A DNA stretch of 64,000 bases, taken from Antedon mediterranea. Its lineage: Eukaryota; Animalia; Echinodermata. The stretch covers positions 72,001 to 136,000 of the forward strand of contig NW_027306096.1 in assembly GCF_964355755.1 (NCBI RefSeq), given 5' to 3'. The notes beneath the pieces were generated by a model. It was not told the origin of the DNA. It did no database searches and saw only the letters and a program-made list of their open reading frames with translations. How positions within the stretch are numbered: the first letter of the stretch is position 1; every line of letters starts with the position of its first letter. A program made the position numbers and the translations under genes. Of the stretch, positions 1 through 15,000 are shown one piece after another.

Positions 1-3000
1 TCTAAAACGTCTCCAAATACGATTTGAAGCTATTTTGTGCACTTTAATAGTTTTGTGTGAAAAGTTTTATCGAAATACTCAAAATGGTCTAAAGCGGTTT
101 CAAATGTGATTTTAAGCACTTGGATATTTTTGTGTAATCAAGTTTCATCGAAATGCACAAAATAGTCTAAAACGTCTCCAAATGCGATTTGAAGCTATTT
201 TGTGCACTTTGATGGTTTTTGTGTGAAAAGTTTCATCGAAATGCACAAAATGGTCTAAAACGTCTCCAAATACAATTTAAAGGTATTTTGTGCACTTTAA
301 TAGTTTTGTGTGAAAAGTTTTATGGAAATACTCAAAATGGTCTAAAACGGTTTCAAATGTGATTTTAAGCACTTTGATATTTTTGTGTAATCAAGTTTCA
401 TCGAAATGCACAAAATGGTCAAAAACGTCTCCAAATACGATAATAAGCTGTTGTATGCACATTGATGTTTTTGTGTGAAAAGTCTCATCGAAATGCACGA
501 AATGGTCTAAAACGTCACTAAATTCGTTTGAAGCTATTCTAAGCACGTTGGTGTTTTTTATGTTACCAAGTTTTTTCGAAATGCACAAAATGGTCTAAAA
601 CGTCTCCAAATGCGATTTGAAACTATTTTGTGCACTTTGATGTTTTGTGTAATGAAACGCACAAAATGGTCTAAAACGACTCCAAATGCGATTTGAAGCT
701 ATTTTGTGCACTTTGATGTTTTTGTGTGAAAAGTTTCATCGAAATGCACAAAATGGTCTAATACGTCTCCAAATACGATATTAAGCTATTGTATGCACTT
801 TGTTGTTTTTGTGTGAAAAGTTTCATCGAAATGCACAAAATGGTCTAAAACGGTTTCAAATGTGATTTTAAGCACTTTGATATTTTTGTGTAATCAAGTT
901 TCATCAAAATGCACAAAATGGTCTAAAACGTCAGCAAATGCGATTTGAAGCTATTTTGTGCACTTTGATGGTTTTGTGTGAAAATTTCATCGAAATGCAC
1001 AAAATGGTCAAAAACGTCTCCAAATACGATAATAAGCTGTTGTATGCACATTGATGTGTTTGTGTGAAAAGTCTCATCGAAATTCACAAAATGGTCTAAA
1101 ACGTCTCCAAATCCGTTTTGAAGCTAATCTAAGAACTTTGGTGTTTTTATGTTACCAAGTTTTTTCGAAATGCACAAAATGGTCAAAAACGTCTCCAAAT
1201 ACGAGTTGAAGTTATTTTGTGCACTTTGATGTTTTGTGTAATGAAACGCACAAAATGGTCTAAAATGTTTCCAAATGCGATTTGAAGCTATTTTGTGCAC
1301 TTTGATGTTTTGTGTGAAAAGTTTCAACAAAAAGCACAAAATGGTCAAAAACGTCTCCAAATACGATAATAAGCTGTTGTATGCACATTGATGTTTTTTT
1401 GTGAAAAGTCTCATCGAAATGCACAAAATGGTCTAAAACGTCTCCAAATCCATTTTGAAGGTATTCTAAGCACTTTGGTGTTTTTATGTTACCAAGTTTT
1501 TTTCGAAATGCACAAAATGGTCTAAAACGTCTATAAATGCGATTTGAAGCTTTTTTGTGCACTTTGATGTTTTGTGTAATGAAACGCACAAAATGGTCTA
1601 AAACGTCTGCAAATGCGATTTGAAGCTATTTTGTGCACTTTGTTGTTTTGTGTGAAAAGATTCATCGAAATGCACAAATTTGTCTAAAACGTCTCCAAAT
1701 ACGATATTAGGCTATTGTATGCACTTTGTTGTTTTTGTGTGAAAAGTTTCATCGAAATGCTCAAAATGGTCTAAAACGTCTCCAAATGCGATTTGAAGCC
1801 ATTTTGTGCACTTTGATGTTTTTGTGTGAAAAGTTTCATCAAAATGCACAAAATGGTCTAAAACGTCTGCACATACGAAATTAAATTATTGTATGCACTT
1901 TGATGTTTTTGTGTGAAAAGATTTTTCGAAATGCACAAAATGGTCTAAAACGTCTCCAAATGCGATTTGAAGCTATTTTGTGCACTTTGATGTTTTGTGT
2001 AATGAAACGCACAAAATGGTCTAAAATGTCTCCAAATGCGATTTGAAGCTATTTTGTGCACTTTGTTGTTTTGTGTGAAAAGTTTCATCGAAATGCACAA
2101 AAAGGTCTAAAACGTCTCCAAATACGATATTAAGCTATTATATGCATTTTGATGTTTTTGTGTGAAAAGTTTTAATGAAATGCACAAAATGGTCTAAAAC
2201 GTCTCCAAATGCGATTTGAAGCTATTTTTTGTACTTTGATGTTTTTGTGTGAAAAGTTTCATCGAAATGCACAAAATGGTCTAAAACGTCTCCAAATACA
2301 ATAATAAGCTATTGTATGCACTTTGTTGTTTTTGTGTGAAAAGTTTCATCGAAATGCACAAAAAGGTCTAAAACGTCTCCAAATACGATATTAAGCTATT
2401 ATATGCATTTTGATGTTTTTGTGTGAAAAGTTTTAAGGAAATGCACAAAATGGCCTCAAACGTCTCCAAATCCGCTTTGAAGCTATTCTAAGCACTTTCG
2501 TGTTTTTATGTTAACAATTTTTTCGAAATGCTCAAAATGTTCTAAAACGGTTTCAAATGTGATTTTAAGGACTTGTGATGTTTTTGTGTAATCAAGTTTC
2601 ATCGAAATGCACAAAATGGTCTAAAACGTCTCCAAATGCGATTTGAAGCTATTTTGTGCACTTTTATGTTTTGTGTGAAAAGTTTCATCGAAATGCACAA
2701 AATGGTCTAAAACGTCTCCAAATGCGATTTGAAGCTATTTTGTGCACTTTGTTGTTTTTGTGTGAAAAGTTTCATCGAAATGCTCAAAATGGTCTAAAAC
2801 GTCTCCAAATGCGATTTGAAGCTATATTGTGCACTTTGTCGTTTTTGTGTGAAAAGTTTCATCGAAATGCTCAAAATGGTCTAAAACGTCTCTAAATGCG
2901 ATTTGAAGCTATTTTGTGCACTTTGATGTTTTTTTGTGAAAAGTTTCATCGAAATGCACAAAATGGTCTAAAACGTCTCTAAATGCGATTTGAAGCTATT

Positions 3001-6000
3001 TTTTGCACTTTGATGTTTTTGTGTGAAAAGTTTCATCGAAATGCACAAAATGGTCTAAAACGTCTCTAAATGCGATTTGAAGCTATTTTGTGCACTTTGA
3101 TGTTTTTTTGTGAAAAGTTTCATCGAAATGCACAAAATGGTCTAAAACGTCTCTAAATGCGATTTGAAGCTATTTTGTGCACTTTGTCGTTTTTGTGTGA
3201 AAAGTTTCATCGAAATGCTCAAAATGGTCTAAAACGTCTCCAAATGCGATTTGAAGCAATTTTGTGCACTTTGATGTTTTTGTGTGAAAAGTTTCATCGA
3301 AATGCACAAAATGGTCTAAAACGTCTGCAAATGCGATTTGAAGCTATTTTGTGCACTTTGATGTTTTGTGTAATCCAGTTTCATCGAAATGTACAAAATT
3401 GTCTAAAACGTCTCTAAATGCGATTTGAAGCTATTTTGTGCACTTTGTCGTTTTTGTGTGAAAAGTTTTTTCGAAATGCACAAAATGGTCTAAAACGTGT
3501 CCAAATGCGATTTGAAGTTATTTTGTGCACTTTGATGTTTTGTGTGAAAAGTTTTATCGAAATGCTCAAAATGGTCTAAAACGGTTTCAAATGTGATTTT
3601 AAGCACCTTGATATTTTTGTGTAATCAAGTTTCATCGAAATGCACAAAATGGTCTAAAACGTCTGCAAATGCGATTTGAAGCTATTTTGTGCACTTTGAT
3701 GGTTTGGGTGAAAAGTTTCATCGAAATGCACAAAATGGTCAAAAATGTCTCCAAATGCGATTTGAAGCTATTTTGTGCACTTTGTTGTTTTGTGTGAAAA
3801 GTTTCATCGAAATGCACAAAATGGTCTAAAACGGTTTCAAATGTGATTTTAAGCACTTTGATATTTTTGTGTAATCAAGTTTTTTCGAAATGCACAACAT
3901 GGTCTAAAACGTCTCCAAATGCGATTTGAAGTTATTTTGTTCACTTTGATGTTTTTGTTTGAAAAGTTTCATCGAAATGCACAAAATGGTCTAAAACGTC
4001 TCTAAATGCGATTTGAACCTATTTTGTGCACTTTGATGTTTTTGTGTGAAAAGTTTCATCGAAATGCACAAAATGGTCTAAAACGTCTCTAAATGCGATT
4101 TGAAGCTATTTTGTGCACTTTGTCGTTTTTGTGTGAAAAGTTTCATCGAAATGCTCAAAATGGTCTAAAACGTCTCCAAATGCGATTTGAAGCTATTTTG
4201 TGCACTTCGATGTTTTTTTCTGAAAAGTTTCATCGAAATGCACAAAATGGTCTAAAACGTCTCTAAATGCGATTTGAAGCTATTTTGTGCACTTTGATGT
4301 TTTTGTGTGAAAAGTTTCATCGAAATGCACAAAATGGTCTTAAACGTCTCTAAATGCGATTTGAAGCTATTTTGTGCACTTTGTCGTTTTTGTGTGAAAA
4401 GTTTCATCGAAATGCTCAAAATGGTCTAAAACGTCTCCAAATGCGATTTGAAGCAATTTTGTGCACTTTGATGTTTTTGTGTGAAAAGTTTCATCGAAAT
4501 GCACAAAATGGTCTAAAACGTCTGCAAATGCGATTTGAAGCTATTTTGTGCACTTTGATGTTTTTTTGTGAAAAGTTTCATCGAAAGGCACAAAATTGTC
4601 TAAAACGTCTCTAAATGCGATTTGAAGCTATTTTGTGCACTTTGTCGTTTTTGTGTGAAAAGTTTCATCGAAATGCTCAAAATGGTCTAAAACGTCTCCA
4701 AATGCGATTTGAAGCAATTTTGTGCACTTTGATGTTTTTGTGTGAAAAGTTTTTTCGAAATGCACAAAATGGTCTAAAACGTCTCCAAATGCGATTTGAA
4801 GCAATTTTGTGCACTTTGATGTTTTGTGTAATCCAGTTTCATCGAAATGTACAAAATTGTCTAAAACCTCTCAAAATGCGATTTTAAGCTATTTTGTGCA
4901 CTTTGATGTTTTTGTGTGAAAAGTTTCATCGAAATGCACAAAATTGTCTAAAACGTCTCCAAATACGATATTAAGCTATTGTATGCACTTTGATGTTTTT
5001 GAGTGAAAAGTTTTTTCGAAATGCACAAAATGGTCTAAAACGTCTCCAAATGCGATTTGGAGCTCTTTTGTGCACTTTGATGTTTTGTGTAAAAAGTTTG
5101 CTATTTTGTGCACTTTAATGTTTTGTGTGAAAAGTTTTATCGAAATGCTCAAAATTGTCTAAAACGGTTTCAAATGTGATTTTAAGCACTTTGATATTTT
5201 TGTGTAATCAAGTTTTTTCGAAATGCACAACATGGTCTAAAACGTCTCCAAATGCGATTTGAAGCTATTTTGTGCACTTTGATGTTTTTGTGTGAAAAGT
5301 TTCATCGAAATGCACAAAATGGTCTCAAACGTCTGGAAATGCGAGTTGAAGCTATTTTGTGCACTTTGTCGTTTTTGTGTGAAAAGTATATTCGAAATGC
5401 TCAAAATGGTCTAAAACGTCTCCAAATGCGATTTGAAGCTATTTTGTGATTTTAAGAACTTTGATGTTTTTGTGTGAAAAGTTTCATCGAAATGCACAAA
5501 ATGGTCTAAATGCGATTTGAAGCTATTTTGTGCACTTTGATGTTTTTTTGTGAAAAGTTTCATCGAAATGCACAAAATGGTCTAAAACGTCTCCAAATAC
5601 GATATTAAGCTATTGTATGTATGTTGATGTTTTTGTGTGAAAAGTTTTATCGAAATGCTCAAAATGGTCTAAAACGGTTTCAAATGTGATTTTAAGCACT
5701 TTGATGTTTTTGTGTAATCAAGTTTCATCGAAATGCACAAAATGGTCTAAAACATCTGCAAATGCGATTTTAAGCTATTTTGTGCACTTTCATGTTTTGT
5801 GTGAAAAGTTTTATCGAAATGCTCAAAATGGTCTAAAACGGTTTCAAATGTGATTTTAAGCACTTTGATATTTTTGTGTAATCAAGTTTCATCGAAATGC
5901 ACCAAATTGTCTAAAACGTCTGCAAATGCGATTTGAAGCTATTTTGTGCACTTTGATGTTTTTGTGTGAAAAGTTTCATCGAAATGCACAAAATGGTCTA

Positions 6001-9000
6001 AAACGTCTCCAAATATGATATTAAGCTATTGTATGCACTTTGTTGTTTTTATCTGAAAAGTTTTCACGAAATGCACAAAAGATCTAAAACGTCTCTAAAT
6101 GCGATTTGAAGTTATTTTGTGCACTTTAATGTTTTGTGTGAAAAGTTTTATCGAAATGCACAAAATGGTCTAAAACGTCTCCAAATGCGATTTGAAGCTA
6201 TTTTGTGCACTTTGATGTTTTGTGTGAAAAGTTTCACCAAAATGCACAAAATGGTCTAAAACGTCTCCAAATCCGTTTTGAAGCTAATCTAAGCACTTTG
6301 ATGTTGTTATGTTAAACAAGTTTTTTCGAAATGCACAAAATGGTGTAAAACGTCTCCAAATACGATTTGAAGCTCTTTTGTGCACTTTGATGTTTTGTGT
6401 AATAAGTTTTATAGAAACGCACAAAATGGTCTAAAACGGTTTCAAATGTGATTTTAAGCACTTTGATATTTTTGTTTAACCAAGTTTCATCGAAATGCAC
6501 ATAATGGTCTAAAACGTCTCCAAATGCGATTTGAAGCTGTTTTTGTGTGAAAAGTTTTTTCGAAATACACAAAATGGTCTAAAACGTCTCCAAATACAAT
6601 TTGGAACTCTTTTGTGCACTTTGATGTTTTGTGTCAAAAGTTTTATAGAAATGCTCGAAATGGTCTAAAACGGTTTCAAATGTGATTTTAAGCACTTTGA
6701 TATTTTTGTGTAATCAAGTTTCATCGAAATGCACAAAATGGTCTAAAACGTGTTCAAATGCGATTTGAAGCTATTTTGTGATTTTAAGAACTTTGATATT
6801 TTTGTGTAATCAAGTTTCATCGAATGCACAAACTGGTCTAAACATTTGAAGCTATTTTGTGCACTTTGTCGTTTTTGTGTGAAAAGTTTTTTCGAAATGC
6901 ACAAAATGGTCTAAAACGTGTCCAAATGCGATTTGAAGTTATTTTGTGCACTTTGATGTTTTGTGTGAAAAGTTTTATCGAAATGCTCAAAATGGTCTAA
7001 AACGGTTTCAAATGTGATTTTAAGCACCTTGATATTTTTGTGTAATCAAGTTTCATCGAAATGCACAAAATGGTCCAAAACGTCTGCAAATGCGATTTGA
7101 AGCTATTTTGTGCACTTTGATGGTTTGGGTGAAAAGTTTCATCGAAATGCACAAAATGGTCAAAAATGTCTCCAAATGCGATTTGAAGCTATTTTGTGCA
7201 CTTTGATGTTTTTTTGTGAAAAGTTTCATCGAAATGCACAAAATGGTCTAAAACGTCTCTAAATGCGATTTGAAGTTATTTTGTGCACTTTGATGTTTTG
7301 TGTGAAAAGTTTTATCGAAATGCTCCAAAATGGTCTAAAACGGTTTCAAATTTGATTTTAAGCACTTTGATATTTTTGTGTAATCAAGTTTCATCGAAAT
7401 GCACAAAATGGTCTAAAACGTCTGCAAATGCGATTTAAAGCTATTTTGTGCACTTTAATGTTTTGTGTGAAAAGTTTTATCGAAATTCTCAAAATGGTCT
7501 AAAACGGTTTCAAATGTGATTTTAAGCACTTTGATGTTTTTGTGTAATCAAGTTTCATCGAAATGCACAAAATGGTTTAAAACGTCAGCAAATGCGATTT
7601 GAAGCTATTTTGTGCACTTTGATGTTTTTGTGTGAAAAGTTTCATCGAAATGCACAAAATTGTCTAAAACGTTTCCAAATACGATATTAAGCTATTGTAT
7701 GCACTTTGATGTTTTTGAGTGAAAAGTTTTTTCGAAATGCACAAAATGGTCTAAAACGTCTCCAAATGCGATTTGGAGCTCTTTTGTGCACTTTGATGTT
7801 TTGTGTAAAAAGTTTGCTATTTTGTGCACTTTAATGTTTTGTGTGAAAAGTTTTATCGAAATGCTCAAAATTGTCTAAAACGGTTTCAAATGTGATTTTA
7901 ATCACTTTGATATTTTTGTGTAATCAAGTTTTTTTCGAAATGCACAACATGGTCTAAAACGTCTCCAAATGCGATTTTAAGCTATTTTGTGCACTTTGAT
8001 GTTTTTGTGTGAAAAGTTTCATCGAAATGCACAAAATGGTCTAAAACGTCTCTAAATGCGATTTGAAGCTATTTTGTGCACTTTGTCGTTTTTGTGTGAA
8101 AAGTTTCATCGAAATGCTCAAATTGGTCTAAAACGTCTCCAAATGCGATTTGAAACTATATTGTGCACTTTGTCGTTTTTGTGTGAAAAGTTTCATCGAA
8201 ATGCTCAAAATGGTCTAAAACGTCTCTAAATGCGATTTGAAGCTATTTTGTGCACTTTGATGTTTTTTTGTGAAAAGTTTCATCGAAATGCACAAAATGG
8301 TCTAAAACGTCTCTAAATGCGATTTGAAGCTATTTTGTGCACTTTGATGTTTTTGTGTGAAAAGTTTCATCGAAATGCACAAAATGGTCTAAAACGTCTC
8401 TAAATGCGATTTGAAGCTATTTTGTGCACTTTGTGATGTTTTTTTGTGAAAAGTTTCATCGAAATGCACAAAATGGTCTAAAACGTCTCTAAATGCGATT
8501 TGAAGCTATTTTGTGCACTTTGTCGTTTTTGTGTGAAAAGTTTCATCGAAATGCTCAAAATGGTCTAAAACGTCTCCAAATGCGATTTGAAGCAATTTTG
8601 TGCACTTTGATGTTTTTGTGTGAAAAGTTTCATCGAAATGCACAAAATGGTCTAAAACGTCTGCAAATGCGATTTGAAGCTATTTTGTGCACTTTGATGT
8701 TTTGTGTAATCCAGTTTCATCGAAATGTACAAAATTGTCTAAAACGTCTCTAAATGCGATTTGAAGCTATTTTGTGCACTTTGTCGTTTTTGTGTGAAAA
8801 GTTTTTTCGAAATGCACAAAATTGTCTAAAACGTGTCCAAATGCGATTTGAAGTTATTTTGTGCACTTTGATGTTTTGTGTGAAAAGTTTTATCGAAATG
8901 CTCAAAATGGTCTAAAACGGTTTCAAATGTGATTTTAAGCACCTTGATATTTTTGTGTAATCAAGTTTCATCGAAATGCACAAAATGGTCCAAAACGTCT

Positions 9001-12000
9001 GCAAATGCGATTTGAAGCTATTTTGTGCACTTTGTTGTTTTGTGTGAAAAGTTTCATCGAAATGCACAAAATGGTCTAAAACGGTTTCAAATGTGATTTT
9101 AAGCACTTTGATATTTTTGTGTAATCAAGTTTTTTCGAAATGCACAACATGATCTAAAACGTCTCCAAATGCGATTTGAAGTTATTTTGTGCACTTTGAT
9201 GTTTTTGTTTGAAAAGTTTCATCGAAATGCACAAAATGGTCTAAAACGACTCTAAATGCGATTTGAACCTATTTTGTGCACTTTGATGTTTTTGTGTGAA
9301 AAGTTTCATCGAAATGCACAAAATGGTCTAAAACGTCTCTAAATGCGATTTGAAGCTATTTTGTGCACTTTGTCGTTTTTGTGTGAAAAGTTTCATCGAA
9401 ATGCTCAAAATGGTCTAAAACGTCTCCAAATGCGATTTGAAGCTATTTTGTGCACTTCGATGTTTTTTTCTGAAAAGTTTCATCGAAATGCACAAAATGG
9501 TCTAAAACGTCTCTAAATGCGATTTGAAGCTATTTTGTGCACTTTGATGTTTTTGTGTGAAAAGTTTCATCGAAATGCACAAAATGGTCTTAAACGTCTC
9601 TAAATGCGATTTGAAGCTATTTTGTGCACTTTGTCGTTTTTGTGTGAAAAGTTTCATCGAAATGCTCAAAATGGTCTAAAACGTCTCCAAATGCGATTTG
9701 AAGCAATTTTGTGCACTTTGATGTTTTTGTGTGAAAAGTTTCATCGAAATGCACAAAATGGTCTAAAACGTCTGCAAATGCGATTTGAAGCTATTTTGTG
9801 CACTTTGATGTTTTTTTGTGAAAAGTTTCATCGAAATGCACAAAATTGTCTAAAACGTCTCTAAATGCGATTTGAAGCTATTTTGTGCACTTTGTCGTTT
9901 TTGTGTGAAAAGTTTCATCGAAATGCTCAAAATGGTCTAAAACGTCTCCAAATGCGATTTGAAGCAATTTTGTGCACTTTGATGTTTTTGTGTGAAAAGT
10001 TTTTTCGAAATGCACAAAATGGTCTAAAACGTCTCCAAATGCGATTTGAAGCAATTTTGTGCACTTTGATGTTTTGTGTAATCCAGTTTCATCGAAATGT
10101 ACAAAATTGTCTAAAACGTCTCTAAATGCGATTTGAAGCTATTTTGTGCACTTTGTCGTTTTTGTGTGAAAAGTTTCATCGAAAGGCACAAAATGGTCTA
10201 AAACGTCTCCAATTGCGATTTGAAGTTATTTTGTGCACTTTGATGTTTTGTGTGAAAAGTTTTATCGAAATGCTCAAAATGGTCTAAAACGGTTTCAAAT
10301 GCGATTTTAAGCATTTTGATATTTTTGTGTAATCAAGTTTCATCGAAATGCACAAAATGGTCTAAAACGTCTGCAAATGCGATTTAAAGCTATTTTGTGC
10401 ACTTTAATGTTTTGTGTGAAAAGTTTTATCGAAATTCTCAAAATGGTCTAAAACGGTTTCAAATGTGATTTTAAGCACTTTGATGTTTTTGTGTAATCAA
10501 GTTTTTTCGAGATGCACAACATGGTCTAAAACGTCTCCAAATGCGATTTGAAGCTATTTTGTGCACTTTGATGTTTTTGTGTGAAAAGTTTCATCGAAAT
10601 GCACAAAATGGTCTAAAACGTCTCTAAATGCGATTTGAAGCTATTTTGTGCACTTTGATGTTTTTGTGTGAAAAGTTTCATCGAAATGCACAAAATGGTC
10701 TAAAACGTCTCTAAATGCGATTTGAAGCTATTTTGTGCACTTTGTCGTTTTTGTGTGAAAAGTTTCATCGAAATGCTCAAAATGGTCTAAAACGTCTCAA
10801 AATGCGATTTGAAGCTATTTTGTGCACTTTGATGTTTTTTTCTGAAAAGTTTCATCGAAATGCACAAAATGGTCTAAAACGTCTGCAAATGCGATTTGAA
10901 GCTATTTTGTGCACTTTGATGTTTTTGTGTGAAAAGTTTCATCGAAATGCACAAAATGGTCTAAAACGTCTCTAAATGCGATTTGAAGCTATTTTGTGCA
11001 CTTTGTCGTTTTTGTGTGAAAAGTTTCATCGAAATGCTCAAAATGGTCTAAAACGTCTCTAAATGCGATTTGAAGCAATTTTGTGCACTTTGTCGTTTTT
11101 GTGTGAAAAGTTTCATCGAAATGCACAAAATGGTCTAAAACGTCTGCAAATGCGATTTGAAGCTATTTTGTGCACTTTGTCGTTTTTGTGTGAAAAGTTT
11201 TTTCGAAATGCACAAAATGGTATAAAACGTCTCCAAATGCGATTTGAAGCAATTTTATGCACTTTGATGTTTTGTGTAATCCAGTTTCATCGAAATGTAC
11301 AAAATTGTCTAAAACGTCTCTAAATGCGATTTGAAGCTATTTTGTGCACTTTGTCGTTTTTGTGTGAAAAGTTTCATCGAAATGCACAAAATGGTCTAAA
11401 ACGTCTCCAATTGCGATTTGAAGTTATTTTGTGCACTTTGATGTTTTGTGTGAAAAGTTTTATCGAAATGCTCAAAATGGTCTAAAACGGTTTCAAATGT
11501 GATTTTAAGCACTTTGATATTTTTGTGTAATCAAGTTTCATCGAAATGCACAAAATGGTCTAAAACGTCTGCAAATGCGATTTAAAGCTATTTTGTGCAC
11601 TTTAATGTTTTGTGTGAAAAGTTTTATCGAAATTCTCAAAATGGTCTAAAACGGTTTCAAATGTGATTTTAAGCACTTTTATGTTTTTGTGTAATCAAGT
11701 TTCATCGAAATGCACAAAATGGTTTAAAACGTCTGCAAATGCGATTTGAAGCTATTTTGTGCACTTTGATGTTTTTGTGTGAAAAGTTTCATCGAAATGC
11801 ACGAAATTGTCTAAAAAGTCTCCAAATGCGATTTGAAGCTATTTTGTGCACTTTGTCGTTTTTGTGTGAAAAGTTTCATCGAAATGCTCAAAATGGTCTA
11901 AAACGTCTCCAAATGCGATTTGAAGCAATTTTGTGCACTTTGATGTTTTTGTGTGAAAAGTTTCATCGAAATGCACAAAATGGTCTAAAACGTCTGCAAA

Positions 12001-15000
12001 TGCGATTTGAAGCTATTTTGTGCACTTTGTCGTTTTTGTGTGAAAAGTTTTTTCGAAATGCACAAAATGGTCTAAAACGTCTCCAAATGCGATTTGAAGC
12101 AATTTTGTGCACTTTGATGTTTTGTCTAATCCAGTTTCATCGAAATGTACAAAATTGTCTAAAACGTCTCTAAATGCGATTTGAAGCTATTTTGTGCAAT
12201 TTGTCGTTTTTGTGTGAAAAGTTTTTTCGAAATGCACAAAATGGTCTAAAACGTCTCCAATTGCGATTTGAAGTTATTTTGTGCACTTTGATGTTTTGTG
12301 TGAAAAGTTTTATCGAAATGCTCAAAATGGTCTAAAACGGTTTCAAATGTGATTTTAAGCACTTTGATATTTTTGTATAATCAAGTTAAATCGAAATTCA
12401 CAAAATGGTCTAAAACGTCTGCAAATGCGATTTAAAGCTATTTTGTGCACTTTAATGTTTTGTGTGAAAAGTTTTATTGAAATTCTCATAATGGTCTAAA
12501 ACGGTTTCAAATGTGATTTTAAGCATTTTGATGTTTTTGTGTAATCAAGTTTCATCGAAAAGCACAAAATGGTTTAAAACGTCTGCAAATGCGATTTGAA
12601 GCTATTTTGTGCACTTTGATGTTTTTGTGTGAAAAGTTTCATCGAAATGCACAAAATTGTCTAAAACGTTTCCAAATACGATATTAAGCTATTGTATGCA
12701 CTTTGATGTTTTTGAGTGAAAAGTTTTTTCGAAATGCACAAAATGGTCTAAAACGTCTCCAAATGCGATTTGAAGCTATTTTGTGCACTTTGATGTTTTT
12801 TTCTGAAAAGTTTCATCGAAATACACAAAATGGTCTAAAACGTCTCTAAATGCGATTTGAAGCTATTTTGTGCACTTTGATGTTTTTGTGTGAAAAGTTT
12901 CATCGAAATGCACAAAATGGTCTAAAACGTCTCTAAATGCGATTTGAAGCTATATGTGCACTTTGATGTTTTTTTGTGAAAAGTTTCACCAAAATGCACA
13001 AAATGGTCTAAAACGTCTCTAAATGCGATTTGAAGCTATTTTGTGCACTTTGTCGTTTTTGTGTGAAAAGTTTCATCGAAATGCTCAAAATGGTCTAAAA
13101 CGGTTTCAAATGTGATTTTGTGCACTTTGATGTTTTTGTGTAATCAAGTTTCATCGAAATGCACAAAATGGTTTAAAACGTCTGCAAATGCGATTTGAAG
13201 CTATTTTGTGCACTTTGATGTTTTGTGTAATCCAGTTTCATCGAAATGTACAAAATTGTCTAAAACCTCTCAAAATGCGATTTGAAGCTATTTTGTGCAC
13301 TTTGATGTTTTTGTGTGAAAAGTTTCATCGAAATGCACAAAATTGTCTAAAACGTCTCCAAATACGATATTAAGCTATTGTATGCACTTTGATGTTTTTG
13401 AGTGAAAAGTTTTTTCGAAATGCACAAAATGGTCTAAAACGTCTCCAAATGCGATTTGGAGCTCTTTTGTGCACTTTGATGTTTTGTGTAAAAAGTTTGC
13501 TATTTTGTGCACTTTAATGTTTTGTGTGAAAAGTTTTATCGAAATGCTCAAAATTGTCTAAAACGGTTTCAAATGTGATTTTAAGCACTTTGATATTTTT
13601 GTGTAATCAAGTTTTTTCGAAATGCACAACATGGTCTAAAACGTCTCCAAATGCGATTTGAAGCTATTTTGTGCACTTTGATGTTTTTGTGTGTAAAGTT
13701 TTATCGAAATTCTCAAAATGGTCTAAAACGGTTTCAAATGTGATTTTAAGCACTTTGATGTTTTTGTGTAATCAAGTTTCATCGAAATGCACAAAATGGT
13801 TTAAAACGTCTGCAAATGCGATTTGAAGCTATTTTGTGCACTTTGATGTTTTTGTGTGAAAAGTTTCATCGAAATGCACAAAATTGTCTAAAACGTCTCC
13901 AAATACGATATTAAGCTATTGTATGCACTTTGATGTTTTTGAGTGAAAAGTTTTTTCGAAATGCACAAAATGGTCTAAAACGTCTCCCAATGCGATTTGG
14001 AGCTCTTTTGTGCACTTTGATGTTTTGTGTAAAAAGTTTGCTATTTTGTGCACTTTAATGTTTTGTGTGAAAAGTTTTATCGAAATGCTCAAAATTGTCT
14101 AAAACGGTTTCAAATGTGATTTTAAGCACTTTGATTTTTTTGTGTAATCAAGTTTTTTCGAAATGCACAACATGGTCTAAAACGTCTCCAAATGCGATTT
14201 GAAGCTATTTTGTGCACTTTGTCGTTTTTGTGTGAAAAGTTTCATCGAAATGCTCAAAATGGTCTAAAACGCCTCCAAATGCGATTTGAAGCTACTTTGT
14301 GCACTTTGATGTTTTTTTGTGGAAGGTTTCATCGAAATGCACAAAATGGTCTAAAACGTCTCTAAATGCGATTTGAAGCTATTTTGTGCACTTTGATGTT
14401 TTTGTGAAAAGTTTCATCGAAATGCACAAAATGGTCTAAAACGTCTCTAAATGCGATTTGAAGCTATTTTGTGCACTTTGTCGTTTTTGTGTGAAAAGTT
14501 TCATCGAAATGCTCAAAATGGTCTAAAACGTCTCCAAATGCGATTTGAAGCTATTTTGTGCACTTTGATGTTTTTGTGTGAAAAGTTTCATCGAAATGCA
14601 CAAAATGGTCTAAAACGTCTCCAAATGCGATTTGAAGCTATTTTGTGCACTTTGATGTTTTTGTGTGAAAAGTTTGATCGAAATGCACAAAATGGTCTAA
14701 AACGGTTTCAAATGTGATTTTAAGCACTTTGATATTTTTGTGTAATCAAGTTTTTTCGAAATGCACAAAATGGTCTAAAACGTCTCCAAATGCGATTTGA
14801 AGTTATTTTGTGCACTTTGATGTTTTGTGTGAAAAGTTTTATCGAAATGCACAAAATGGTCTAAAACGGTTTCAAATGTGATTTTAAGCACTTTGATATT
14901 TTTGTGTAATCAAGTTTTTTCGAAATGCACAAAATGGTCTAAAACGTCTCCAAATGCGATTTGAAGTTATTTTGTGCACTTTGATGTTTTGTGTGAAAAG

